DNA of 64,000 nucleotides from Plasmodiophora brassicae (Eukaryota): NCBI GenBank assembly GCA_036867785.1, contig CP145409.1, positions 1,550,001 to 1,614,000 of the forward strand, read 5' to 3'. Shown piece by piece: positions 11,301 to 23,943 of this stretch (position 1 is its first letter; each line of letters starts with the position of its first letter). The notes under the pieces were generated by a model. It saw only the letters and a program-made list of their open reading frames with translations, ran no database searches and was not told where the DNA came from. The position numbers and the translations under genes were made by a program.

Positions 11301-13891
11301 ATGGCGGCCACCGACGCCGGTGTGCACGGCGTCGTCCCGTCCTCGACGGCCACGGTCAGGTCGTGCACCAGCTGGCCGTTCAGCGACAGAACCTGCTCGG
11401 CGCTGCCGAACATCAGGGCGACGCGAGCGTCCGAGATCAGCGCCTGCAGGTGCGGTGCCTCGTTCAGCCGCGGTATGACCACGGTGGCCAGCTGCGTCAA
11501 CGACGCCACGAAGGACCGCTCCGATGACAGCATCTCCGAGATGATCTTGGCCTGAACGGACAGGGCCGGCACGGGGCGACGTCGCCCTGACAGGCTGCCG
11601 CTTCCTGATTCCGGCGCGACGCTCGGGTCCCCCGCCGCCGCCGCTGCTGCTGGCAGGCCATCATCGGCACCGCTGGGCAGCGACTCCCCAGACGACAGGG
11701 CGGAACACGGGTCGTCATCTGCCGTCGGGTTGCCCTGATCGGCATCCGAAGGGCCCGTCGTAGTAGGTGGCGCCTGCCGCGCCACGACCTTGCCATGCCC
11801 GGCGACACCGCCGAACGCATCCGTGTTGCCCACTGCCAGGGTGCCGTCACGGGCGACAACGTCAGCGCCGGCCGACCCAGGAGCCTCCGCAGGAGTAGTC
11901 AGAGACGCGGCAGCACGTGCTCCAATGGCGACGTCGCCGCTGGTTCCAGCAGCGCTGCCTGTGATTGCCTCGGCAGCTGTGCCTGTTGCCGACGTTGGGT
12001 CCTGGATCGTCGGTGGCGGCTCGGTGGGTGCTGATGCAGCCGTCACGACCGTCGAGGCGGGGCCCGGCAGGGCATCTTGAGGGCGCACCGGACGACCGGA
12101 GGTGGTGCCATGCCCAGCGGCACTGGGCGCCGCGTTGTCGTTGGCGTCGTGGGGCGCACGCACCGATGGCGTGTGCGCGCCCGGGAACATGACCTGGATG
12201 CCTCGGTGTTTGGGTCGAGCAGCGCCCTGCTGCCCTTGCTCGGATCCACCTGCTGCTGTCCCGGCATCAGGCGCAGGTCCGATCTGGTCGCCCGCCCGAC
12301 CAGCATGTTTCTCCGGATGGATGTGACCGTCACTAGTCTGGGCGTCGGCAGCAGACGCGTTGGACGCAGCGGCACACGTTGACGGGTGGGGCTCCAGCAC
12401 AGCAGGATCACTGTCGGCGCCCGTTGCCAACGCCACGACCGGGACGCCCGGATGCATCGGTTGGTGGCCGTCATCCCCATCGGCAGTAGCGCCCGCTCCA
12501 GCAGCGGACGACGGATGGGCGGCCGGCACGCCCGCCGTCGACGGTTTCGTCAGCGACGTGTCGGCAGCGATCTCGTGCGGACGCGTAACGTCGGCATCGC
12601 GTTCGGGGTCGGACGCGTTCAGCCGGGTTGTCGGTCCCGGGCCCATGGATACGGCCGCAACGTCAGCGACCGGTGGGCGGTCGGCGGGCGCCAGCGTTGG
12701 TGCAGGATCTTCTGGATGGCCCAGCGGTGTCCGGTCGTGGTGCTGCCCGCGAGGAGGGTGGACAGCATCGGGTCGCCGGGATGGTGGCGCCCCTGTCGAT
12801 TTCTGCCTGCGGCCCAGCTGACTCTGCAGGAGGTCCAGGGTGACGACAGGCGGTCGACCAGCAATCGCGTTGCCGTCGTCTGCGCCGGCCCTGGCGTTGG
12901 TATCAGGTATCGCGGGCCCTGGCGGCCCACCATCAGCACTGCTGCTGGGACGCGGGCCGCCATCGGGCGGTCCTTGTTCCCGCTTGTTGGCGCCCATCGG
13001 TGGCCCACCAGCTGCGGCATCAGATGGGCGTTCGATTGCATGTGCCTCGTCATGGTCATCAGCCTTCTGGCTGGTGACAGCGTCAGCGCCGGCTGGGGGA
13101 CGCGAGCGCCCAGGCCCGTCGATGGATTCCTGCGGACGGGCCGACGAGCGCGCGTCGTCGGGCGTCGCCGCTGTTGTTTGCGTGCCGCCAGCAGCACCGA
13201 CAACGGATGCTAGGAGACCGGCGGCGCCGCCGGCACCGCTCTTTGGCTTGACGATGCGACTCGGCGGCCCCGCCCGCCTAGGGAGGGCCATGGTCTCCTT
13301 GGGCGGCGCTTCAACGGCCTCCTTCGGTGCGTCCACCTTCACTGGGTGCTGCCCTTGATCCTGTTTCCGGGCGTCGGCGTCGCTGTTGACGGCATGGGCC
13401 TCGGCGTCGCTGTTGACGGCATGGGCGGCGACGGCCGGTGGTCGAACGTCCTGTGCCGCTGTGGGTTCCGTATTGACTGGGGCCGGCTGGCGATGTTTCG
13501 CTCCTCGTGCGGGTGCAGGCAGGAACGCAACGCTGACACCGGCCGCCTGCACCTGGTCGGCCATGGCCTTGGAGTCCTTGGTCGACAGCGACCGGATGGG
13601 TATCGGCTCAGGCCCAGCTCTGGGTATCGTATCGGCGGCCGCGACGGACGCATTCCTGGCGCGGTCCTTCATGCGCCTCTGCATCTGCAACTGAAGCATG
13701 GCCGTCGGTCCAGCAGGAGGCGCAGCCGGGCCCGGGGCCTGCTGCGGGCCTGGAGCAGCAGGGGCAGCCGGGGAAGTGGTCGTATAGCGCGCGTGAGGGT
13801 CATCCCATTGCGACGCGCCGGTGACCCTGTTGTACCAGTAGGTCTGGCCCGAGCTGGGATCCACAGTCTGGTCCCATTCGTCGTCGGCCAT
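8376..13891 (-). CDS. Large RhoGEF: WW - low-complexity - DH - PH - FYVE - DH - PH - WW, 3 exons (introns 10817-10883, 9225-9303)
   Basis: N-terminal WW (WDQTVDPSSGQTYWYNRVTGASQWDDP). DH1 (EMLSSERSFV...IMPIQRVPRYALLLRELLK) and PH. FYVE (CAVCAARFSMLVRPRHCARCGRSVCPSC). DH2 (LLASEAAY...GPLRRVPTY) and PH2. C-terminal WW (WARYLTDAGEEYYHDAVTGRSTWTKP). Confidence 0.85.
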
Positions 13892-14388
13892 GGGCGGCGC
13901 CCTCGCTGCACGCCTACGACGCCCGCTGTCGACCCGCAATACAGTCGTATCAGGATCAAGCGCAGATATTAGAAGTTGATCCTAACGATGGCCTACCGAA
14001 GATATTCTCCAGGGACGCTTCCATGCCTAGAGCGATGCACCACGCGTCATCTCATCAACCAGCGGCATCAGCCATACATGCCAATCGGCGAGCCTGCGAC
14101 ATGTTGGGCGCAAACGACGACTGGCTAGAACCATGTAAAAGCGCTCGACGACCGTCGCATGGCGGCTGCAGCTTCGCAGTACCACCCGTGCAGTGACAGC
14201 TGGGGAAGTTGGGGGCGGGGGGAGGGGCAGTCCCACTGGGGCACGCTGCAGGGCCGTGACGCGTTGCAGATGTGCAGTCCAACCCGACTCACACAGCAGG
14301 CGAGGGCAGTGCGCCCCAAAATAGCGGCGGCCCACGTCCGTCTGCTGCGCGCGTCGTCTTCGTACGTGGCGGCGTCCCCCCCGCCCGC

Positions 14389-15130
14389 ATGCTCGGGCAT
14401 CACGCGCTGGCCCTGGTCGCCGACCTGAATCGCGCCCGATGGCTGCCCGCCTACCGCGATGATCGCATACGGCAGATCGTCGCCGAGCTGCAGACGTTGT
14501 CGTCGCTGATCGAGCAGGCCGCCGGGTCTGGCGCGCCGCATGCGATGCTGGCCCGCCGCTGACCGCCCCCGCCGCAGGCCATCGGACGCCGACCCGGAGC
14601 AGCCCGAGATTGCATGCGCCATGATCGCGCACTACCACGCCGCCCTGTTCAACAAGCGCGCCGTCCTCGCCTACCTGTGCGTACGCGCGCCCCGGCCCGG
14701 CCGACCACTGACCCAGACCTTCGTTCAGCAACGACCGCCTCGAACGGCTGAAATCGTACTGGTGGACGCTGGGCCAGCCGCCTGCCGACGTGCGCGGGCA
14801 CACGAGCGCGGGCGAATCCCGGTTCCTGGACGGGTACGCGCGCAACCTGCGCCTGTACCAGCAGGTCATGGACATGGACCTGACCCTGGTACGTACGTGG
14901 GGGCATGGCGGCGCCCTCCCGACCACACACCTGACCGACCTGCCGTCCGTCCGTAGGATCAGGACCCGCCGGCCTCCCTGCTCGTCGAGGTGCGCGTCCT
15001 GCAATCGTGCGGGACGATCCAGACGGACAACGGCCCGCTGTCCCTGGAGCAGCACTCCACCCATCTCGTGCGGCGCCACGACGTCGAACTCCTCATCCGG
15101 CAAGGCATGCTCGAGGAGACGGCATCGTAG
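14389..15130 (+). CDS. GINS1: GINS complex subunit Psf1, 4 exons (introns about 14526-14577, 14677-14728, 14889-14956)
   Basis: The spliced product contains LPAYRDDRIRQIVAE, HAALFNKRAVLAYLNDRLERLK..WW, DLTLDQDPP.SLLVEVRVL and RHDVELLIRQGMLEE, all characteristic of Psf1. Confidence 0.9.
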
Positions 15131-15211
15131 CGCGCGCTCGCCTCCACGTGTCGTATCGCGCTGCCCCGATACAGACGACGCGACATCCGCCCCTCCCCTG
15201 CCCGCCTGCGT

Positions 15212-18200
15212 TTATTGTGCGCTCGTCGTCGTCGTCGTCGCCGATGGTCTCCTGTGCCGCGCGCACCACAGCTTGTCGTCGTGCCAGACGGCGCCGTCGT
15301 CGACATCGTCGGCGCCGATCGGCGTCCGGCACGCGTGGCAGACGAAGCATTCGGCGTGGAACCTGACGGGGTGGGCCGCGTGCAGGCAGGCGGCCTTGCC
15401 CTGGATGTAGGCGTCGCAGGCGCGGCACCGGTCGCAGAACCTGGCCTGGTAGTGGTCGGCGCAGAAGACGACGCCGTCGCGCGCGTGGAAGCTGACCGCG
15501 TCGGGCGCCCTGGTGCCGGCCGCCGTGCAGGTCGCACACTGCAGGCAGGCGCGATGGTAGAACCGCCCGTCGATGCCGACGACCCGGCGCCGCTGCTGCT
15601 GCTGCTGCTGCTGGTGGTCGGCATCGTCGCCGGCGCCGCCCCCGCCTCCGCCCACCATCAGGACGGGCGCCCGGCACGCCACACAGCGGTACGCGTCGGG
15701 CACGTGGTCGGCGCAGTACACCCGGTCGTCGTCCGGGTGCACCAGGACCGGCCTGGTCAGCGTCTGCGCCTGGCGGCACACGGCGCACGCGAAGCACCGC
15801 TGGTGGAACAGGAGCGGTGGCACGCCGCGCCGGTTGAACCGCAGGTACCGCTCCTCGACCCGGATGCCCTCGTGGCACGCCGTGCACGTCGCATCGGCGG
15901 CGGCGCCGGCGACGGGCGCAAAGTGCTCCTTGCAGAACAGGTCGTGCCTGGCGCCGTCGTCGCCCGTGCCGGTGCTGGGCGCGGCCAGCACCAGCGGCGC
16001 GTTGTTCAGCTGGAAGAGGGCGCCCGCCGGGCACCGGCAGCACCGGGCGCAGTCGTCGTGCAGGAACAGGTCGTGCGTCTGCGCCTGGATGTCGCCCGTC
16101 ACGTACTGGACGCAGGCCCGCTTCAGCTGCGTCGTGCGGCGCGTCGGCGGGCGCCCGCACGCGAAGCAGACGGCCGCACAGGCGGCCGGGTAGTCGGCCG
16201 GGCAGTACGGGCGCCCGTCCAGGTCGCAGGCGTCGTCCGGGTCGACGACGCGGGCGCAGGGCCCACAGCAGACCAGGCACTGGCGGTGCCAGCGGTGGCC
16301 AGCGAACGTGCAGGCGTCGAGCGGCGCCTCGATGAAGCGCGCGCGGATGCGACCCGATTCGTTCGTGGCGGCGCGGACGCGGCGGCAGTCGGGCGAGGCG
16401 CACAGGCCGATCTCGTCCAGCACCAGCGCCTTCATCGTCGACGCCATCGACGACTCCAGGTCGACGTTCACCGAGTCGAACTTGACCTGCGCCTGCAGCG
16501 CCCGTTGCAGGCGGGCGACGGATTCAACGGTCAGGGCAAGGTCGTCGGGCAGGCCGGCGGCGACTCGGGCGGCCACGATGCGCGCCCGCACCGACGACGG
16601 GTCGTCCCGCGCCCGGCATTCGACCCGGGCGCGCTCCTGGCCCTGGTACCAGACGACGACGTGGCCGATCGTGTCGTTGTTGTCGGCGTCGGCGTCGGCG
16701 TCGTCGTCGAGCGACCCGTCCGAGTCGTCGTCCTTGGCGTCGACCTTGACCTGGTCGGGCAGGGGGCCCACGCCCAGGTGCGAGCGTCGCGGCGTGTAGG
16801 CCGCCGACAGCGTCTCGACGATGGCGGGCGACACGGCCTCGTCGTCCTCGAACCACTCGCTGGCGGGCGCCGGCGCGTCCGTCACGGGCACGGGCAGCGC
16901 CTGCCCCGGCAGGTCCAGCAGGACGGGCCCGCCGCCCTGGATCGACTTGACGCGGACGCGCATGGCCACCTCGTTCATGTCGTCGTTGTCGTCGTCGTTG
17001 TCGTACGGCTGTTCGGCGTCCGGCTGCGCCTGTGGCTGCGGCGGCGGCTCGGGCGCCTCGCTGACCTGCTTGGCGTGCTGGTGCCGACCCGGCAGGATGG
17101 TGCCCGATCCGGACCCGACCGGCCGCGTCTCCGGCTTGGCTTGGTCGCGTATGCGGGACGGGTGCCGGTGCAGGGCGCTCTTCGGCCTGGAGATGGCCCC
17201 CGATGCGGTGGCGGCGGCGGCGGCGGCAGCGGCCACCTCCTTCGCCTCTGCCGACGTGCTTGCGCCTCCTCCTCCTCCTACGGCGGCGGGTGCGACCGGG
17301 CGCAGGACGCCGTCCAGCACGGCCATGTTCTTCCTGATCAGGACGGCCATGTTGTAGGCGGGCGCCGTCATCTGCGTGCGCAGGGCGACCCGCCTGTCCT
17401 GGACGTCGCCCCGCAGCAGCGTCGTCGAGTTGACCGTGTCGAAGAAGGCGGACTCGGAGAGCGGGCCCTCGGAGAAGGCCTGCAGGGCCACGGTCAGGTC
17501 CTTGAGCGTCTTCGAGTTGCGGATCGCCGTCTGGTTCAGGTCGAAGATGGCCAGCGCCGTCTTGAAGAAGGCGGTGCATCCCTCGGCGAAGAACATGTCC
17601 CAGATGCGCAGCGTGAACTCGACGGGCAGGCAGCCGATGAACATCTTGGCGAACCACCCCTTCATCAACGTCGGCACCGTGATCTCCAGCGCGTCCAGCG
17701 CCAGGCACACCTTCCGGTACCGCTGCCGGAGCAGGTCGGTGAACACCAGCTGGTCCAGCTTGTGCCCGGCGCCGCCCTCCTGGAAGTAGTAGTACCCGGC
17801 TGTCACACGACACACGCAAACACACGTTCAGCATACACGTTGCCGCCCAACCGTCGCAGGCGATGCGCGAACGCCCGTACCCGGTGTCGATTCCGGGTTC
17901 GTGATGCGCTGCTGCTGCCAGTCGTAGTTGGACGCGGTCAGGTACTCGACGATGATGCACAGCATCCAGAAGGCGTTCTCCTCGTCGAGGAACAGGAGCA
18001 GCAGGGCCCCGACGTGGTTCATGTACGACTGGAAGCCGACGGCCGGGTTCCGTATCGAGTACGCGATCAGGATGCGACGCAGCGGGACGATGCCGGCGGG
18101 CCGGTCGAACCAGACGTGCCCGTTGAACGTCCGGTGCAGCTCCCGGTCGATGCCCTCGACGACGTCGACCTTCATGGCCCGGGTGGCACCCGCCACCAGA

Positions 18201-19434
18201 TCGTCGTAGTACCCGGGCGCCGATAACGATCTGAGCAGGTTCGCCCCGCTGATGTGCGGCCAGACGCGGTTGCGGAACTGGGCCGGGATCCCTGCACCAG
18301 CAGGACGCACACGCGTCGGATGCGAGCGCGCGCGCCTCGGGCGCCACGTCACGTACCGACGCGGATCAGGCACTTCAGGTTGGGCGAGAACACCAGGTTC
18401 GGGTTGTTGAGCAGCTCGGAGCTCCACAGGACGAACGGGTCCAGGTTGAACCCGACCGACAGGATGTCCTCGGGCATGAACGACGTGCGTCGTGGCGGCG
18501 CCTCCCACCCTTCCGGCATCATGAACCCGAGGTCGTTGTGCCGGCGTCGCCCGTTCGACGGCGACGGCAGGATGCCCGATATGAGGCGCGGGTCCAGCGA
18601 CACCTGCCGGCGGGGCGGTCAGGGCACACAGCCACACGCCTCATCAGGCCGGCCACGTACGGCCTGCATCGGGTGCGTCGCGCTGGCGCTGGTCAGCAGC
18701 AGGACGTCGTTGTTGCAGGCGCCGGGTATGTTGAACGACAGCGGCCGGACGTGCATGTCGACGCGCTTCTTGCGTACCTCGGCCAGGCAGAAATCGCAGA
18801 TGCGAACGCGATCGGCGTCCGAATCCCGGTAGACGGGCTTGTTGGCCAGGTTGATGCGCGTGAACGAGCACGACGTGCAGACCTGCAGCGCGGGGATCAT
18901 CAGTACGTGAGGCGCAGCGCCCCGAAGGTCGGGGCACGCCCCGACAACCGACCGTGTTGTTGCAGATCTTGCAGGTGTGCCGGCGGCGCTTCAGCTTGAA
19001 ATTCTTCCTGCAGCAGATGCAGGACCTGGCCTTGCTGTTGGTCACCGGGTACAGCGACCGGTCGACCGGGGCCCCGCTGCGATCCACCCTGATCGCAGCG
19101 TCAATCTGCAGGATGCGATCGACGAACTTCTGCCGCAGATCGTCGCTGGAGAACTCAATGTCGAAGACCCTGTTCGGGTACGTGGGCTGGAAGACCACTG
19201 TAACGCCGTACGACGAGCTGTCGGGGGAGCTCGGTACGAAATGCACCGTCTGAATGTCGCAGATGCGCTGGTACGCCTTCAGGTCGCCCTGCTCGGTGAT
19301 CCATTTCAGGATCTGCCGCTCGCGATCCACTGTAGGAACGCGTACGCTGAGCAACGCTGCGGAACGAGGACCTGCATCAGAATGCAACCTTCTATGACTA
19401 TCTGGGCCGTGTCCGCCCCGGGCAGCGCCTCCAT
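15212..19434 (-). CDS. FYVE - TBC (Rab-GAP) - five-LIM multidomain protein, at least 6 exons
   Basis: FYVE (CICCRKNFKLKRRRHTCKIC...VCTSCS...RVRICDFC). TBC (GIPAQFRNRVWPHISG, IDRELHRTF, GFQSYMN, WFAKMF...RIWDMFFAEG). Five C2H-C-type LIM repeats at the C-terminus. The first exon starts at ATG 19434 with intron 19330-19388. Confidence 0.82.
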
Positions 19435-19665
19435 CCTCGGTACACCTCCACCCTGCGGCGCCGTACGCTCCTACCGAGTGCCAAGACTAAGGTGGCGCCC
19501 CGGCAAGCATAGACTTGCTGGTGGATGATACCGATTCACCCCATCCACCAGGGGTCGCATGGGTACGCTACGCCCGTCGCCAAATATCTAATTAACCGAC
19601 CTGCCGCTGGGCACTCCTCACCTTGTCGGTTGTTATGACGCGTAGTAGGAGTTACAGAGATCTCT

Positions 19666-22624
19666 CTATCCGACCATTTCGGGATTGAGCAGCTGGCCGG
19701 GGAAGTAATCACGGAACTTGTCGGAGGCCACCCTGAACCTGTCGACCACAGCGCGGATGTTGAACGCTGCTAGGCCAATGTCAATCTTGGGGTCGTACGG
19801 GCTCTCGGCGCACAGGCGGAACTCGGCACGCTCGTCGACGAGATAGCCTCGTTCAGCCTAATAAGGACAAGCAACCGTTAGCAACGCCCGAATTCGCCGG
19901 AGCCGTTCCGTGCGCGCTGCAGGAAACCTTGGGGAACACCCGGCCGTCACCAGTCACCGAGAGGCAGTCCCGATGGTAGTTGAACTGTGTGCCATAGTAC
20001 GCGAAGAACGAACGCAGACACCGGCCCTGGGCCTGGCACTGATCGGCGTTCACCTGCGCGACGCTGCTCGTTAGAGCAATGGTTTGCCACGAAAGGTATA
20101 TGGCGTACGGTACCTGAAGGTGGGATACGACCATGACCTGGAGGAGGTGCCAGTCGATGCCGCCCTGGACAGGATCATGCAGTCCGTGCCGGACCAGGTA
20201 GAACCAGACGTAGAACAGGACCGGTTTCATCATCGGATACTTGATGGAGGCCTGCAGCGCGAACCTGGTCGGCATAAACGTGTTCATGGACAGGGCCACG
20301 AGCAGCGGACTGCCACGAATCTGGACAATCAGCCTCGGGAACGGCACCATCATGACCGCTCCTGGCAGGAACACGGAGGGACCATGCGTCATTGAGGCAC
20401 GCAGGGCTTTCAGGCACCGTACCGTGCTACCACGCAGGGCAGGATTGCAGACCGTGAAATCCAGGCCGGTGTATGGCGCCTGCAAGTACATGCCGTCGGC
20501 AGGTAGCAGCATGGGCCTCACGACCGAACCTGGGAACATGGACTGAACAATGTGCTCCACCTGGTCCCGCGCCATCTGCCGAACTGGTGAGTCGCGGTGG
20601 CGCCAAACGTGGGCCCATGTTAGAAATCGGTCCAGGTCCGCTTCGAGGTACGCGCCACCCAGCGAGGGGGGCTCCAGAAATTCCTCAATGCCCGGTGGGA
20701 TACCATCAAGGCCAATGCCAGGGTAAACGCTGGGCGAGACATCGATGCCACTAGATGCGTCGCCGGCCACGGAATCGACATGCGGCAGGCTTGGCGTCGA
20801 TGCCGTCATGGAGCCAATGGCCGAATCGTCACTAGCGATGACCGAATCGTCACTAGTGATGCATGCGTTGTCGCTTGCGCTCAGCATTTCCGTCGGTGGC
20901 AACGCAGGTCTTGTTCGCTTCTCATCGTCATCGCTTGCCGCCGTACTTGGCACACCTTCTTCCTGCTGCAGTAGGCCTGCACCGCTTGGAGTCGATGACG
21001 TCATGGAGCCAAAGGCCGAATCGTCACTAGCGATGACCGAATCGTCACTAGTGACGTACGCGTTGTCGCTTGCGCTCAGCATTTCCGTCGGTGACAACGC
21101 AGGTCTTGTTCGCTTCTCATCGTCATCGCTTGCCGCCGTACTTGGCGCGCTTCCTTCCTGCTGCATTAGACCTGCACCGACGTCGTTGCCTACGGAGGCG
21201 ACATCATAGGCCCCTTCGCCATCCTGGTCGACATGTTCGAAACGCTTCCGAGCACAATGGAGATCAGATGCATCGGCCACTGCATGTGCCGGCGACTCAG
21301 CCATATTCCCATCCGCGTTATCGGTGACATGACCGGTGACGTCAACATCATCAGCCGGTGTCGCCGCCTGCATGCCGAGCTGCTCTACCGGTGAATGTCC
21401 TGACAGCGTGTCGACGGTCGTCGTTCCTGGGTCGTCTGTGACACGCGCCTGTGCTTCTTGGCCGTCCAGCGACGCGGAAGGATTCGCGGATGTCTCCCGG
21501 ATTGTCTTCACCTGCGCCGCTGATCGTTTCCGTTTCGACGGCTTCTTCTTGCGTCTGCGCGGCTTGTCACTGGCCGGCTCATCGCGCAGCAGTGAATCAA
21601 GTCCGGCCAGGTACCGGCTCTCCTCGACATTCCTGTCCGCGTCGTCCAGTCTATCAAACGCGTCCATGAACAGATCGGCCACCTCGATAATATCGTAGAG
21701 GAATAACTGCCACTGCGCCACATTGATGTCAAGTGCCAAACAGTGCTGCCGCACCGTCGTCATATTCGTCGTCGGTGGCCACCGGAGACGATCATCCGTC
21801 AGCAAGGCCTCCATCAGTTTCTGACTTGGCACCGACAGGTTTAGCCCTCGCTGGAACACGTCACGCAGAACGCGACGATCGGCATCCAACTGGGTCAGCA
21901 TGGCCCTGGATGCCGCAATCTGGCCGCTCATCACTGAGATCGCGTCGTCCAGATCGTCCATCGGCACATGCGTCATGTTCCAGAAGCGTCGCACGGGCAA
22001 GTCGACGAAGTTCGCATCGCGCTCGGCGAATATGTTGGGTGGATGATCGACCGATGGCACGTCGGTCCAGTTCTTGCCTAGGGGAAACGTGCGGATCGTG
22101 GACAGGAGGCGGGTAATGAGATCGCGATGGTCGTCATACGTGCCGATTCCTGCATGCCTGATGCGGGATTTCGGTGCGACCTGCTGGATCCACCTGTCCA
22201 CAGCGGCGATCGAGTCCACGTGGAAGTCCATCTGAAGCATCAGACCTACTTCGAGATGGTGGAACGCGTCCTCGAAATTGGGCGGGTTTTCATGATGGCA
22301 TACAGGACGCCCTCTGCTATCGGGATTGCCGGATATGTCCGGCAGGCCATCGATGAAACAGCTTCCCACGCCAAGTATGATGCGTTCGGCTTCGCAGAGC
22401 GACGAACGCGCTTCCTCCAGATATACGACGGCCTCAGATACGTGCTGACGGTTGTCGGCAGGGCGGCCGTCTCGCCTGCCAGCGCGCATCCGTTCAGCAA
22501 ACGATCGCGCCGCATATCCGTTTCACACAAGTACTATACGGTACCTGGCATTGCGCTTGCTCGCGCCACAGAGGAGTACTACGAGCAGGCCGACCGCCAC
22601 GACGCCCTCGACGAACCGCATCAT
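19666..22624 (-). CDS. Secreted Trf4/TENT4-like pseudo-nucleotidyltransferase family, copy 1 (exons 22624-22545, 22475-20114, 20053-19928, 19857-19666)
   Basis: Signal peptide MMRFVEGVVAVGLLVVLLCGA, family N-domain, NLS KPRRRKKKPSKRKR, and a C-terminal YPMMKPVLFYVWFYLVRHGLHD..QGGIDWHLLQVMVVSHLQ...FFAYYG..FNY...LCAESPYDP.IDIG matching Trf4/PAPD5 central and PAP-associated domains. Confidence 0.8.
20788..21178. repeat. Intragenic 195-bp (65-aa) tandem duplication in the copy-1 linker
   Basis: Two near-identical copies of AGL.QQE...PSTAASDDDEKRTRPAL.PTEMLSASDNA..TSDDSVIASDDSA.GSMT.STPS. TCATGGAGCC occurs at 20806 and 21001. Confidence 0.92.
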
Positions 22625-22789
22625 GTGGCGGTGTGGCTGCAGGGCCACGCGCTGGACGGACACGCGGTGCGCCACTTCGGTGATGCCAGGAATAGCGCAC
22701 GGCACGGGACCGGCCGCGATCCATGAACGCGTCGTACTCCTCGCGACTACTGTACCTGCATAGCGCAGCCACAGCAGAACTGCATTCGG

Positions 22790-23672
22790 CTTATCGAAGT
22801 GGTTGGCGACGTATATACTGTGTTGGTGATTCAACAAACGAACTACATGTGTTCTGTTTGACCAGCCAGACTGGCACGCCAGCGTCTGTCCGCGTTATCC
22901 AGGCGGTCAACAACAGCCGCGTAAACGTCGCCCATGTGTGCAGCGCGACAGAGGATACACACCAGCCGATGTGCCATGGTACGGAGGGTTCCGAATGTCC
23001 CGCCCAACGGGTCGTTGGCGCCATTGCATCGATCCACCAGCAGGTCCTCAAATGTCGACGTTCATCTGCTGAAGCATGGACGTCCTGGTCACTGCCATGA
23101 ACTGAAAAGGACGCCAATGATATATGGCGATCGCCAGATTGCCGACCGGACGTATGCCACATCCGACCATAAGTGGCGTGCGCGGGCAGGCCGACGAAGT
23201 TGGCATTGCGTCTAGGTAGTGCAAACGTTGAAATGCGCTCGATACGGTTCCCCATTTGGAACGTTCTGGCCTGGTTGACCTGTCACTGTCGCAACACTAT
23301 CGCTACTCGCTTGCGAGTTCGCGTCGGCTTTCGATAAGCCTACTGGCTGGTGCTTGTCGTGACCATTTGGGCTGCACATGATGCATACGAGCCTGACAGG
23401 TGTCTTCTGCGCCTGGGCAATGCGCGTGACCGCAAACCTGAAGGGTGAGCCAAATGGCGGAACCACGTGCCCACCCTGGACACCGACTTCACATGCGAAC
23501 CCATGTGCACGTCAAGGTGTGTCCAGACGGTGTCGAACCAGGGAGCATTCGCAAATCTCGGGCACCCGGTTGTGCTGGCGTCACACAGCGATCGACGCTC
23601 CTGCCCTAAATTCGTGCATAAGACTGCTTCCGATACTATGCATGCGACCAAAATGATTGGCCGCGCGGCCAT
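22790..23672 (-). pseudogene. Degenerate fragment of the same family (copy 2, N-domain remnant)
   Basis: Broken frames retain family motifs: EAVLCTNLGQERRSLCDAS (compare EAV.HLEEARSSLCEAE) and RRNANFVGLP (compare RDANFVDLP). Confidence 0.55.
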
Positions 23673-23943
23673 CGCGTGCATCGTCTGTGAAACGCACACC
23701 TTCAAACCAACGAGCACGAATGCGCATACCTTAGGCTACGTAAGAATATAGCTTCATACGCGTAATTAGGTAGCTACCAGCGTGCCCATTCAGTTCAGGG
23801 TTGTCCCGACCCGAGGACGTCCTGACCGACCAGTGTAGCCAAGGAGGCATCACAAGTCATCAGACATGCCAAGCAGCACGTTGTTTGTGTTACCATGGTA
23901 ACTTGGGAGTATATTCATATGTACTGGCAGGACTGGAATGATC

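Noticed and set aside
15215-18226. 1003-aa plus-strand ORF (likewise 9001-10890 + and 16524-18347 -)
   Set aside because: These are antisense or alternative-frame shadows of very GC3-rich real genes. They are Arg/Gly/Ala-rich with no domain motifs.
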